From the NCBI RefSeq assembly GCF_017876815.1, contig NZ_JAGIOS010000001.1, positions 3,690,001-3,722,000 on the forward strand: DNA of 32,000 nt, written 5' to 3'. The first letter of the stretch is position 1; each line of letters starts with the position of its first letter. Shown in pieces: positions 1 through 8,411 of the stretch. The stretch is from Sinorhizobium meliloti (lineage in GTDB: Bacteria; Pseudomonadota; Alphaproteobacteria; Rhizobiales; Rhizobiaceae). The position numbers were made by a program, and so were the translations under genes. The notes under the pieces are model-generated. The model did not search any database, had not been told where the DNA came from, and saw only the letters and a list, made by a program, of their open reading frames with translations.

Positions 1-1213
1 TGCCCATCTTCTCGGGGAAATAATCCTGGCCGGAAAATGCGTCGGGCTCGTCATGATCGTAGCGATAGCCCTCGCCGTAGCCTTCCCCCTTCATGAGCTT
101 CGTCGGAGCGTTGAGAATGTGCTTCGGCGGCAGCAGAGATCCGTTCTCCTTGGCCGCGCGCATCGCCGCCTTGTAGGCGGTATAGACCGCGTTGGACTTC
201 GGCGCCGTGGCGAGATAGACGCAGGCCTCTGCAAGAGCCAGTTCCCCTTCGGGGGACCCGAGATAATCATAGGCATCCTTGGCGGCATTGCAGATCGCCA
301 GTGCCTGCGGATCGGCGAGGCCGATATCCTCGACCGCCATCCGCACGAGCCGTCTGCCTATATAGAGCGGATCCTCCCCGGCATCGAACATGCGGCAGAG
401 ATAATAGAGCGCCGCGTCCGGATCGGACCCCCGAACGGACTTATGAAGCGCCGAGATCAGGTTGTAATGACCGTCCTGGCCCTTGTCGTATACCGGCGCG
501 CGGCGCTGGACGATCTCCTGAAGCCCGGCGGAATCGAATATCTCCTCCCGGCGCGCCGCCCGCCATACCTCTTCCGCGAGCGTCAGCACCGCCCGGCCGT
601 CCCCGTCCGCCATGCGGATCAGGCTGGCGCGAGCCTCGTCATCCAGCGGCAGCGGTTTGCCCTCGGCCGCCTCGGCCCGCTTCAGGAGTTCCTCGAGGCT
701 GGCTTCGTCATGCGGCTTGAACGTCAAGACGCGGGCCCGCGACAAAAGCGCGGCGTTAAGCTCGAAAGACGGATTCTCGGTGGTGGCGCCGACCAGGATG
801 ACCGTGCCATCCTCCATGACCGGCAGGAAGCTGTCCTGCTGCGCCCGGTTGAACCGGTGGATCTCGTCGACGAAAAGCAGCGTCTGGCGCCCCGACATGC
901 GCCGGGCGCGGGCAGATTCGAACACCTTCTTGAGGTCCGCAACACCGGAGAAGATTGCCGAAATCTGCTCGAATGCGAGACCTGCCTCGCCTGAAAGCAG
1001 GCGGGCAACCGTTGTCTTGCCGGTTCCCGGTGGGCCCCAGAAGATCATCGATCCGAGGGATCCGGAAGCGATCATCCGTGTGAGCACGCCGTCCGGGCCG
1101 GTCAGATGCTCCTGGCCCGTCACCTCCGCCAGCGTGCGCGGGCGCAGGCGATCCGCAAGCGGCCTTGCCGAGGCCATTTCCGGAGGCTCATGGGGGGCGA
1201 AGAGGTCGCTCAT
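1..1213 (-). CDS. rarA: Replication-associated recombination protein A (RarA/MgsA AAA+ ATPase); C-terminal end cut by the window edge
   Basis: Absent from the ORF track because it has no in-window stop. Hand translation of the minus strand from ATG 1213..1211 gives MSDLFAPHEPPEMASARPLADRLRPRTLAEVTGQEHL...MIFWGPPGTGKTT (Walker A)...LLFVDEIHRFN (Walker B)...YLATAPKSNAVY...GYRYDHDEP. The plus-strand ORF 53..994 is its antisense shadow. Confidence 0.9.
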   Translation of the reverse strand, partial: MSDLFAPHEPPEMASARPLADRLRPRTLAEVTGQEHLTGPDGVLTRMIASGSLGSMIFWGPPGTGKTTVARLLSGEAGLAFEQISAIFSGVADLKKVFESARARRMSGRQTLLFVDEIHRFNRAQQDSFLPVMEDGTVILVGATTENPSFELNAALLSRARVLTFKPHDEASLEELLKRAEAAEGKPLPLDDEARASLIRMADGDGRAVLTLAEEVWRAARREEIFDSAGLQEIVQRRAPVYDKGQDGHYNLISALHKSVRGSDPDAALYYLCRMFDAGEDPLYIGRRLVRMAVEDIGLADPQALAICNAAKDAYDYLGSPEGELALAEACVYLATAPKSNAVYTAYKAAMRAAKENGSLLPPKHILNAPTKLMKGEGYGEGYRYDHDEPDAFSGQDYFPEKMG

Positions 1214-2607
1214 CGGAAGAACTGACGGATGATCTGACCGTTGCGCTCGATCTCGACACGCCAGAAGGAGGCATCCTCGGCGACGACGCTTTCCAGCGTC
1301 TTCGAACTGTCGATTGCCGTCCCGTTGACCGAACGAACGATGTCCTTCGGTTCCAGGCCGATACGCGCAGCCGGCGAGCCGCGATTGATCTCCGTGATGA
1401 CCACGCCCTGCAGCGACGTGGGCATGCGCAACTCGTCCGCAAGCCGGGGCGAGAGATTTGCCACGACAGCGCCGGCGAAGGGATTGCGCCCCTCGATCAG
1501 CCGTTCGTCTCGTGGCTGCGTTTCCGGCGCCCGCTCAAGCTTGAGGGTGATTTCGCGTGCACCGCCGTTTTCCGAAATCGTCACACGCGCCTCGTGACCG
1601 ATCCCCACGGTGGTCAGACGATAGCCGAGCGCATCGGGGTGTTCGACCGGAATGCCGTTGACGGCGGTGACCACCTGTCCGGGGCGCATGCCGGCGCTCT
1701 CGGCCGGACCGCCTGCGACGACCGCCGTCACCAGCGCCCCGCGCGCCCGCTCAAGCCCAAGCGCCTCGGCCACGTCGGAGGTCACCGGCTCGAAGGTCGC
1801 GCCGACGAAGGGACGGATGAACGAGCCGTTGCCTCCTTCAGCGGAGGCAACGAAAACCTTGACCAGGTTGGCGGGGATCGCAAAGCCCACACCGTTGGAA
1901 CCGCCGCCTCTCGAAAAAATCGCAGTATTGATGCCGATCAACTCGCCCTTCATGTTGATCAGGCCGCCGCCGGAATTGCCCGGATTGATCGCCGCATCCG
2001 TCTGGATGAAAAAGCCGAAATCGCCGTTGGAGATCTGGTTGCGGGCGAGCGCCGACACGATGCCGCTCGTCACCGTCTGCCCGACGCCGAAAGGATTGCC
2101 CATCGCCAGCACCAGGTCGCCGACCTCCACCGCGTCGGAATCACCGATCGGGACGATGTCGAACGGACCGTCCGACTGGATTTTCAGGACCGCCAGATCG
2201 AGGCGATCATCCTTCAGGATGATCTTGCAGGGAAACTCACGCCCGTCGGCCAGCGCCACCTTGATATCGTCGGCCCCCTCGATGACATGGTTGTTGGTCA
2301 CGACCAGGCCATGGCGGCCGACGATGACGCCCGACCCCAGAGACGACTGCTTCTCGGTGCGATTCGGCATCCGCTGTCCGAAGAATTCCTCGAAGAAAGG
2401 GTCCCCGGCAAAGATCGAGCGGCGCTCCACCACGCGCTCGGCATAGACGTTCACGACTGCATTCGCAGTCTGTTTGACGAGTGGCGCGAAAGAGAGCTGC
2501 ATCTCCGACCGCGACTGCGGCACGGTCCTGGCATCCTGGGCCATCGCAGGTGTCGATATGGCAACAGCAAGCACGAGAGCCGCGAGAGCTCGATGGCCGA
2601 AGATCAT
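1210..2607 (-). CDS. degP: Periplasmic serine endoprotease, DegP/DegQ (HtrA, Do) family, 465 aa
   Basis: Signal peptide ending AMA-Q. Catalytic triad contexts TNNHV, DLAVLK and GNSGG. The C-terminal half is consistent with two PDZ domains. GGGAGA Shine-Dalgarno upstream of the ATG at 2607. Confidence 0.9.
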   Translation of the reverse strand: MIFGHRALAALVLAVAISTPAMAQDARTVPQSRSEMQLSFAPLVKQTANAVVNVYAERVVERRSIFAGDPFFEEFFGQRMPNRTEKQSSLGSGVIVGRHGLVVTNNHVIEGADDIKVALADGREFPCKIILKDDRLDLAVLKIQSDGPFDIVPIGDSDAVEVGDLVLAMGNPFGVGQTVTSGIVSALARNQISNGDFGFFIQTDAAINPGNSGGGLINMKGELIGINTAIFSRGGGSNGVGFAIPANLVKVFVASAEGGNGSFIRPFVGATFEPVTSDVAEALGLERARGALVTAVVAGGPAESAGMRPGQVVTAVNGIPVEHPDALGYRLTTVGIGHEARVTISENGGAREITLKLERAPETQPRDERLIEGRNPFAGAVVANLSPRLADELRMPTSLQGVVITEINRGSPAARIGLEPKDIVRSVNGTAIDSSKTLESVVAEDASFWRVEIERNGQIIRQFFR

Positions 2608-2762
2608 GAAGCATTCTCCCTTTCGTTGCTGCTACGTTCAGATAGGATTTCGCACGGAAAAAGGCAAACCTGCCGCCCGACAATTCAGCGTAACGGAGCC
2701 GCAAGGACGGATCGTTTCATCAGGGAATTCATGGGAGTACACATTGCGCGCCGATGCTCGGC

Positions 2763-2869
2763 CTACTGCATGTCTCCTTAAATCGACCTCGATTTAAGGA
2801 CGAAGACATGCAGCACTTCAAAGTGCTACAGCGACCTTTGCGCGTCTGATAAGACGCGCGGCGCTTTAG
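2763..2869 (+). repeat. Structured intergenic repeat, family X, copy 1 (107 bp)
   Basis: Aligns without indels to 25286..25392 (offset 22523) with 93/107 identical positions by hand count. Contains hairpin 2766..2813 and a core hairpin 2827..2868 (stem GCGCGTCT, loop GATA, stem AGACGCGC, inside outer stem TACAGCG/CGCTTTA). Confidence 0.85.
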
Positions 2870-2996
2870 GCCTCCCAAGGACGCAGGCAACGTTCACGAG
2901 TCATGCACGAAAACGTGGTCTCGCCAGCCTTTTCCGGTGAACGAAACTCTGCTCATTTGCGTATTAGAAAAAGTCGAATGACACCGAGGAGACCCC

Positions 2997-3938
2997 ATGC
3001 CCAGCTATCGCGCGCCGAAGATTGCCGCTGCCGAAATCACACCGGAGCGCTTCTTCCTGGATCGGCGGACCTTCATCGCCGCCGCGGCCGGAAGCCTGGC
3101 TCTCAGCGTACCCAAGCCAAGCCGCGCGGCCGCACTCGAGGCGTCCAAGAGCACGTACAGGGCCGATGACCCCGCAACGCCGGAAAAGGACGCCACCACC
3201 TACAACAACTTCTATGAATTCGGGACGGGCAAAGGCGATCCGGCTGCCAACTCGGCAAACTTCAAGCCGGCGCCCTGGACGGTGAAGGTCGACGGATTGG
3301 TCGGCAAGCCGCGGGAATTCGGCCTGGAGGAACTCCTGGCCTTCCCTCTCGAAGAGAGAATTTACCGGATGCGCTGCGTCGAAGCGTGGTCGATGGTCAT
3401 TCCCTGGATCGGCTTTCCATTGGCCGCGCTCCTCGACAGGGTCGAGCCGCTCGGAAGCGCGAAATATGTCGCCTTCGAGACCGTGGTCCGGCCCGAGGAA
3501 ATGCCGGGCCAGTCCGGTTATTTCCAGCCCCTGGAATGGCCCTACCGGGAAGGCTTGAGGCTCGACGAAGCGCGCCACCCGCTGACGATCCTCTCCGTCG
3601 GGCTCTATGGCAAGACGCTGCCGAACCAGAACGGCGCACCGATCCGCCTGGTGGTCCCGTGGAAATACGGCTTCAAGGGGATCAAGTCGATCGTGCGCAT
3701 CTCGCTCACCGAAACGCCGCCGCCGTGCACCTGGAATCTCGCCGGGCCGAGTGAATACGGCTTCTATGCCAATGTGAATCCGGCCGTCGATCACCCCCGC
3801 TGGAGCCAGGCGACCGAAAACCGTATCGGCGAAGGCGGCTTCTTCGGCGCCAACCGCCGCGATACGCTCCCTTTCAACGGCTACGCAGAGGACGTCGCGA
3901 GCCTCTACGCCGGCATGGACCTCAGCGTGAATTTCTGA
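2997..3938 (+). CDS. msrP: Protein-methionine-sulfoxide reductase catalytic subunit MsrP (YedY, molybdopterin oxidoreductase), 313 aa
   Basis: Twin-arginine signal [12 protein letters not shown]. YedY-like motifs [22 protein letters not shown] and [19 protein letters not shown] Shine-Dalgarno upstream of the ATG. Confidence 0.92.
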   Translation: MPSYRAPKIAAAEITPERFFLDRRTFIAAAAGSLALSVPKPSRAAALEASKSTYRADDPATPEKDATTYNNFYEFGTGKGDPAANSANFKPAPWTVKVDGLVGKPREFGLEELLAFPLEERIYRMRCVEAWSMVIPWIGFPLAALLDRVEPLGSAKYVAFETVVRPEEMPGQSGYFQPLEWPYREGLRLDEARHPLTILSVGLYGKTLPNQNGAPIRLVVPWKYGFKGIKSIVRISLTETPPPCTWNLAGPSEYGFYANVNPAVDHPRWSQATENRIGEGGFFGANRRDTLPFNGYAEDVASLYAGMDLSVNF

Positions 3939-3940
3939 GG

Positions 3941-4591
3941 ATGCGGAGCCTTCCTGCCCTGCCGAAGCGATTGCACGGCCCTTCGATCTGGGCGCTCTAT
4001 ATACTCGGCTTCCTACCGGCAGTCTGGGGGTTCTATCTGGGAGCCACCGGTCGGCTGCCCGGAAATGCGGTCAAGGAATTCGAGCACCTGCTCGGCATCT
4101 GGGCCCTGCGCTTTCTGATTGCCACGCTGGCGATCACGCCGATTCGCGACCTGTTCGGCGTCAACTGGCTCAGATACCGCCGCGCCCTGGGCCTCCTCGC
4201 CTTTTATTATGTGATGATGCATTTCCTCACATATATGGTGCTGGACCAGACGCTCCTTCTCCCGGCGATTGTCGCCGACATCGCCCGTCGTCCCTTCATC
4301 ACCATCGGCATGGCGGCCCTCGTTCTGCTCATCCCGCTGGCGGTTACATCGAACAACTGGTCGATAAGGCGCCTCGGGCAACGATGGAACAAGCTTCACA
4401 GGCTCGTCTACGTGATCGCCGCGGCCGGAGCGCTGCATTTCGCCATGTCGGTCAAGGTCGTCGGCCCCGAGCAAATGCTGTATCTCTTCCTTGTGGCGGT
4501 CCTCGTCGCCTGGCGCGCCGTCAGAAAGCGGTTTCTGCGGTGGCGGCGACAGGGCACCGCACCCATGCGGTCGCAAGCCAGAGCGGGATAA
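3941..4591 (+). CDS. msrQ: Protein-methionine-sulfoxide reductase heme-binding membrane subunit MsrQ (YedZ), 216 aa
   Basis: Starts 2 nt after the msrP stop. Multi-pass hydrophobic protein with conserved His-containing helices (MMHFLTY, ALHF) typical of YedZ/ferric-reductase-domain proteins. Confidence 0.88.
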   Translation: MRSLPALPKRLHGPSIWALYILGFLPAVWGFYLGATGRLPGNAVKEFEHLLGIWALRFLIATLAITPIRDLFGVNWLRYRRALGLLAFYYVMMHFLTYMVLDQTLLLPAIVADIARRPFITIGMAALVLLIPLAVTSNNWSIRRLGQRWNKLHRLVYVIAAAGALHFAMSVKVVGPEQMLYLFLVAVLVAWRAVRKRFLRWRRQGTAPMRSQARAG

Positions 4592-4650
4592 AGGCACAAC
4601 GGGCCAGTGGGGAAGAGCACCGGCCAAGGTCTAGCAAGCCAGGCCACGTC

Positions 4651-4738
4651 CTTGGGCTCAAAGGGCTCTCCCGCGCCGCAGACGCGGCGCTGCTGGATCC
4701 CTGTGACGAGCACAGGGATGAGGGGGGCGGAGAGGCAC
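4651..4738 (+). repeat. REP/RIME-like palindromic repeat unit A (two hairpins)
   Basis: CTTGGGCTCAAAGGG...GCGCCGC-AGAC-GCGGCGC...CCCTGTG-ACGAG-CACAGGG-ATGAGG. Similar to 4871..4939 (direct) and to 4812..4869 (inverted). Confidence 0.75.
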
Positions 4739-4811
4739 AGTCCACTTCTCATAGCCGGTGTGGAAAGTCCGGAGTTGGCGTGCATATCCGCAAGCGAAAG
4801 TTTCCGTTGCG

Positions 4812-4869
4812 CCCTCGCACTCCCTCTCCCTCATTCCTGTGCCTGTCACAGGAATCCAGCCAGCCCAAG
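4812..4869 (-). repeat. REP/RIME-like repeat unit B, inverted and shorter (lacks the first hairpin)
   Basis: Its reverse complement reads CTTGGGCTGGCTGGATTCCTGTGACAGGCACAGGAATGAGGGAGAGG. This matches the ends of unit A but lacks the internal GCGCCGC hairpin module. Confidence 0.7.
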
Positions 4870-4870
4870 T

Positions 4871-4939
4871 CTTTGGGCTGAAAGGACTTCAGCGCCGCAG
4901 ACGCAGCGCTCTTCCCTGCGACAAGCACAAGGGATGAAG
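4871..4939 (+). repeat. REP/RIME-like repeat unit C (direct copy of unit A, diverged)
   Basis: CTTTGGGCTGAAAGGACTTCAGCGCCGCAGACGCAGCGCTCTTCCCTGCGACAAGCACAAGGGATGAAG aligns to unit A with several substitutions and short indels. Confidence 0.7.
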
Positions 4940-4968
4940 ACCTACTTCCACTTTCAATAGAACGAGAA

Positions 4969-5003
4969 AAAGCGGCCGGGTGAAATTATCACCCGGCCGC
5001 TTT
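4969..5003. terminator. Bidirectional rho-independent terminator between msrQ (plus strand) and rplQ (minus strand)
   Basis: Perfect 13-15 bp stem AAAGCGGCCGGGTGA / TCACCCGGCCGCTTT with loop AATTA. It is followed by TTTTT on the minus-strand transcript and by TTTCATTCTTT on the plus-strand transcript. Confidence 0.85.
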
Positions 5004-5028
5004 CATTCTTTGGTCAGCTCTGACGAAA

Positions 5029-5454
5029 TCAGGCCGCTTCGGCTGCTTCAGCTTCGGCAGAAACGCGGGCGCGGTCCTTCGAACCCTTGGCGTCGACGTC
5101 GCGGTCGACGAATTCGATGACGGCGAGCGGGGCATTGTCGCCCTGGCGGAATCCTGCCTTCATGATGCGCAGGTAGCCGCCATTGCGGGTGGCGTAGCGC
5201 GAGGCAATCGCGTCGAACAGCTTCGAGACGACGGCAACGTCGCGGATCTGCGAGATCGCCTGGCGGCGGGCATGCAGATCGCCGCGCTTGCCGAGCGTGA
5301 CGAGCTTTTCCACGATCGGGCGGATTTCCTTGGCCTTCGGCAGGGTCGTGACGATCTGCTCGTGCTCGATCAGCGAAGCTGCCATGTTGGCAAACATCGC
5401 CTTGCGGTGGCTGGCGGTTCTATTCAGCTTGCGGCCGGCTTTACCGTGGCGCAT
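5029..5454 (-). CDS. rplQ: 50S ribosomal protein L17
   Basis: [24 protein letters not shown]... is a canonical L17 N-terminus. Last gene of the alpha operon. Confidence 0.97.
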   Translation of the reverse strand: MRHGKAGRKLNRTASHRKAMFANMAASLIEHEQIVTTLPKAKEIRPIVEKLVTLGKRGDLHARRQAISQIRDVAVVSKLFDAIASRYATRNGGYLRIMKAGFRQGDNAPLAVIEFVDRDVDAKGSKDRARVSAEAEAAEAA

Positions 5455-5499
5455 GGCTATTCTCCTTTACTTGCAGGCATCCGCCCGCAGTCTAATAGG

Positions 5500-6510
5500 T
5501 TAGTACTGGTCTTCGTAACGCTTGGCGAGGTCTTCGATGTTCTCCGGCGGCCAGGACGGCACTTCCATGCCGAGGTGCAGGCCCATGGAAGCGAGAACTT
5601 CCTTGATCTCGTTGAGCGACTTGCGACCAAAATTCGGCGTACGGAGCATTTCTGCTTCGGTCTTCTGAATGAGGTCGCCGATATAGACGATGTTGTCGTT
5701 CTTCAGGCAGTTGGCCGAACGGACGGAAAGCTCCAGTTCGTCGACCTTCTTGAGAAGCGCGGGGTTGAAGGCGAGTTCGGTGACCGCCTCTTCCTCGGTT
5801 TCCTTCTGCGGCTCGTCGAAGTTGACGAAGACCGACAGCTGGTCCTGAAGGATGCGGGCCGCGAAAGCGATCGCATCTTCGCCGGTGACGGAGCCATCGG
5901 TTTCGATGGACATCGTCAGCTTGTCATAGTCGAGAACCTGGCCTTCACGGGTGTTTTCCACCTTGTAGGAGACCTTCTTGACCGGAGAGTACAGGCTGTC
6001 GACCGGAATGAGGCCGATCGGCGCATCTTCCGAGCGGTTGCGGTCAGCCGGTACGTAGCCCTTGCCGTTGTTGACGGTGAACTCCATGCGGATTTCCGCG
6101 CCCTCATCGAGGGTGCAGATCACGTGGTTCGGGTTGAGGATCTCGATGTCGCCAACCGTCTGAATGTCACCGGCGGTCACGACGCCCGGACCCTGCTTGC
6201 GCACGACCATGCGCTTTGCGTCGTCGCCATCCATCTTGATGGCGATTTCCTTGATGTTGAGCACGATGTCGGTCACGTCTTCCCGGACGCCCGGGATAGA
6301 AGAGAACTCATGCAATACGCCGTCGATCTGAACCGCGGTTACGGCAGCACCGCGCAGCGACGACAATAGGACGCGGCGAAGCGCGTTGCCGAGCGTCAGG
6401 CCAAAGCCGCGCTCAAGCGGCTCCGCGACCAACGTTGCCTTGGTGCGGCCGGAGGAGGCGAACTCCACCTTGTTCGGCTTGATCAATTCCTGCCAATTTT
6501 TCTGGATCAT
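5500..6510 (-). CDS. rpoA: DNA-directed RNA polymerase subunit alpha, 336 aa
   Basis: Conserved start [17 protein letters not shown]. The track ORF begins 14 codons further upstream (6552), which I regard as a spurious extension. Confidence 0.96.
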   Translation of the reverse strand: MIQKNWQELIKPNKVEFASSGRTKATLVAEPLERGFGLTLGNALRRVLLSSLRGAAVTAVQIDGVLHEFSSIPGVREDVTDIVLNIKEIAIKMDGDDAKRMVVRKQGPGVVTAGDIQTVGDIEILNPNHVICTLDEGAEIRMEFTVNNGKGYVPADRNRSEDAPIGLIPVDSLYSPVKKVSYKVENTREGQVLDYDKLTMSIETDGSVTGEDAIAFAARILQDQLSVFVNFDEPQKETEEEAVTELAFNPALLKKVDELELSVRSANCLKNDNIVYIGDLIQKTEAEMLRTPNFGRKSLNEIKEVLASMGLHLGMEVPSWPPENIEDLAKRYEDQY

Positions 6511-6613
6511 GTTTTCTGCCTTCCGTTCGTTGCCACCATCCAATCGTGACAACCGAGCCCCGAAGACCGGGAGGACACCGGAAAGTCCTCACCGGAATGT
6601 TGAATACAGATGA

Positions 6614-7003
6614 TCAGACGCGGCGCTTCTTGCGCGGACGGCAGCCATTGTGCGGGATCGGGGTCACGTCACGGATCGACGTGATCATGAAACCTGCAGC
6701 CTGGAGCGCGCGAAGAGCGGATTCACGGCCGGAACCCGGACCGCAAACTTCCACTTCCAGCGACTTCATGCCGTGTTCCTGGGCCTTCTTGGCGCAATCT
6801 TCAGCGGCGATCTGCGCGGCGAACGGGGTCGACTTGCGCGAACCCTTGAAACCCTTCGCACCGGCGGACGACCAGGCAATAGCATTGCCCTGCGCGTCGG
6901 TAATGGTGATCATCGTGTTGTTGAACGACGAATTGACGTGTGCAACGCCCGACGTAATGTTCTTGCGCTCGCGACGGCGAACGCGGGTGGCTTCCTTGGC
7001 CAT
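6614..7003 (-). CDS. rpsK: 30S ribosomal protein S11
   Basis: [22 protein letters not shown]...[16 protein letters not shown]. Confidence 0.97.
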
Positions 7004-7183
7004 AGGATCCCTTTCTTAGATCTCTGCACCGCCGTAATTCCAGCGGCTCCACCGGGAAAAGGATTTGTCGTCCCCTGCCCTGCATCTTACGAATCGCAAC
7101 AGCCGGCGCACCGGCCTCGCGAGCATTCCGAGGAACCGGTAACGGTCCTCGCGTTGGTCGGACACTTGCCCTTCCCAAACTGC

Positions 7184-7213
7184 AAAAGGAGGCCGGCGCG
7201 TGCGCCAGCCTCC
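7184..7213 (-). terminator. Intrinsic terminator/attenuator-like hairpin 20 nt downstream of rpsM
   Basis: The minus-strand RNA reads GGAGGCUGGCG-CACG-CGCCGGCCUCC, an 11-bp GC-rich stem with one G.U pair, followed by UUUU. Confidence 0.6.
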
Positions 7214-7233
7214 CGTTTTCCCTTTTCGGGAAA

Positions 7234-7602
7234 TTACTTCTTCTTGCCGGCGATCGCCTTTGCCGGACCCTTGCGGGTGCGGGCATTGGTGTGCGTGCGC
7301 TGACCGCGCACCGGCAGGCCGCGACGATGGCGAAGACCGCGATAGCAGCCGAGATCCATCAGACGCTTGATGTTCATCGAGGTCTCGCGACGCAGGTCAC
7401 CTTCGACCTGATAGTCGCGGTCGATCGTTTCACGGATCTGAAGGACCTCAGCGTCCGTCAACTGGTGAACGCGACGCTCGGCCGGAATACCGACCTTCTC
7501 GATGATTTCCTGTGCGAATTTCGTGCCGATCCCGTGAATATACGTCAGCGCGATGACGACGCGCTTTGCGGTCGGGATGTTGACGCCAGCGATACGTGCC
7601 AC
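7234..7602 (-). CDS. rpsM: 30S ribosomal protein S13, 122 aa, GTG start
   Basis: The conserved N-terminus (V/M)[14 protein letters not shown] begins at the GTG at 7602..7600. It is preceded by AGGAGA with 6-nt spacing. The track ORF start at 7638 is an upstream extension. Confidence 0.95.
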   Translation of the reverse strand: MARIAGVNIPTAKRVVIALTYIHGIGTKFAQEIIEKVGIPAERRVHQLTDAEVLQIRETIDRDYQVEGDLRRETSMNIKRLMDLGCYRGLRHRRGLPVRGQRTHTNARTRKGPAKAIAGKKK

Positions 7603-7832
7603 GTCTATTCTCCTTGCGTTCCAGTTGCCTACAGGCAATAGGTGCTTCGTTACGCGACCTTAAGAGCCGCACTTTGATTGAGGTTCGAGACACGTCAAAA
7701 ACGACCGTACCCGGACTTCATTTCGTTGAAGACCGCGCCGATCGCTTCTCTTGTCGCGAGTTGACGCAGTCTTTGGAGGAATCGGCCGGAAAAGTCAACT
7801 CCCCGGCGCTCCCATTTTGGCAAAGGCAGCGC

Positions 7833-8411
7833 CTATGCCAGAATCTTCTCGATCTCGGCGGTAACCGTATGCACATCCGCCATGCCGTCCACGGTCTTCA
7901 ACCGACCGGTTCGGGCGTAGTGTTCCGAAAGCGGAGCGGTCTTTTCCCGATATTCCTGCAGACGACGCCGGAATGCTTCCGGATTGTCGTCGGAGCGTAC
8001 GGTGCCGCCGGCCGCGACGGTTTCGGTTACGCGATTCTCCATGCGCCGCACAAGGGCTGCCTCATCGACCTTCAGCTCGATGACCGCATCGAGTTTCAGG
8101 CCTTTTTCCTCAAGCATCCGGTCGAGCGCTACGGCCTGCGGGACCGTGCGCGGATAGCCGTCGAGAATGAAGCCCCTTGCGCAATCCGCAGAATCGATGC
8201 GGTCGGAGACGATCTCGTTGACGATTTCGTCGGAGACGAGCTGGCCGGCATCCATCACGGCTTTCGCGCGCTTGCCGACCTCGGTCGCCTGAGCTACCGC
8301 CGTCCGAAGCATATCCCCCGTGGAAAGCTGCGGAATGCCGTATCTCTCCGTCAGAAGCTTGGCCTGAGTACCCTTGCCAGCGCCCGGCGGTCCCAAAAAA
8401 ATTAGCCTCAT
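7833..8411 (-). CDS. adk: Adenylate kinase, short-LID type, 192 aa
   Basis: [18 protein letters not shown]-loop. Its ATG overlaps the secY TGA (ATGA at 8411..8408). Confidence 0.95.

Noticed and set aside
2903-3169. 88-aa plus-strand ORF upstream of and overlapping msrP
   Set aside because: It is out of frame with the clearly identified msrP, whose Tat signal starts at 2997. Its translation is Arg-rich and low complexity.
4651-4939. Possible CRISPR array, given the repeated units
   Set aside because: There are only three units, they are imperfect, they have different lengths, one is inverted, spacing is irregular and there are no cas genes. This is a REP/RIME-like mosaic and not a CRISPR.
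4384-4960. Several overlapping ORFs of 63-165 aa on both strands downstream of or overlapping msrQ
   Set aside because: They are translations of the palindromic repeat units (for example LDPCDEHRDEG from the CCCTGTGACGAGCACAGGG hairpin) or lie out of frame within msrQ. Repeats of this kind commonly generate spurious small ORFs.
7016-7126. 36-aa minus-strand ORF in the rpsM-rpsK spacer, checked as a possible hidden rpmJ (L36)
   Set aside because: The sequence MLARPVRRLLRFVRCRAGDDKSFSRWSRWNYGGAEI lacks the L36 Cys/His zinc motif and Lys-rich pattern, and it has no Shine-Dalgarno.
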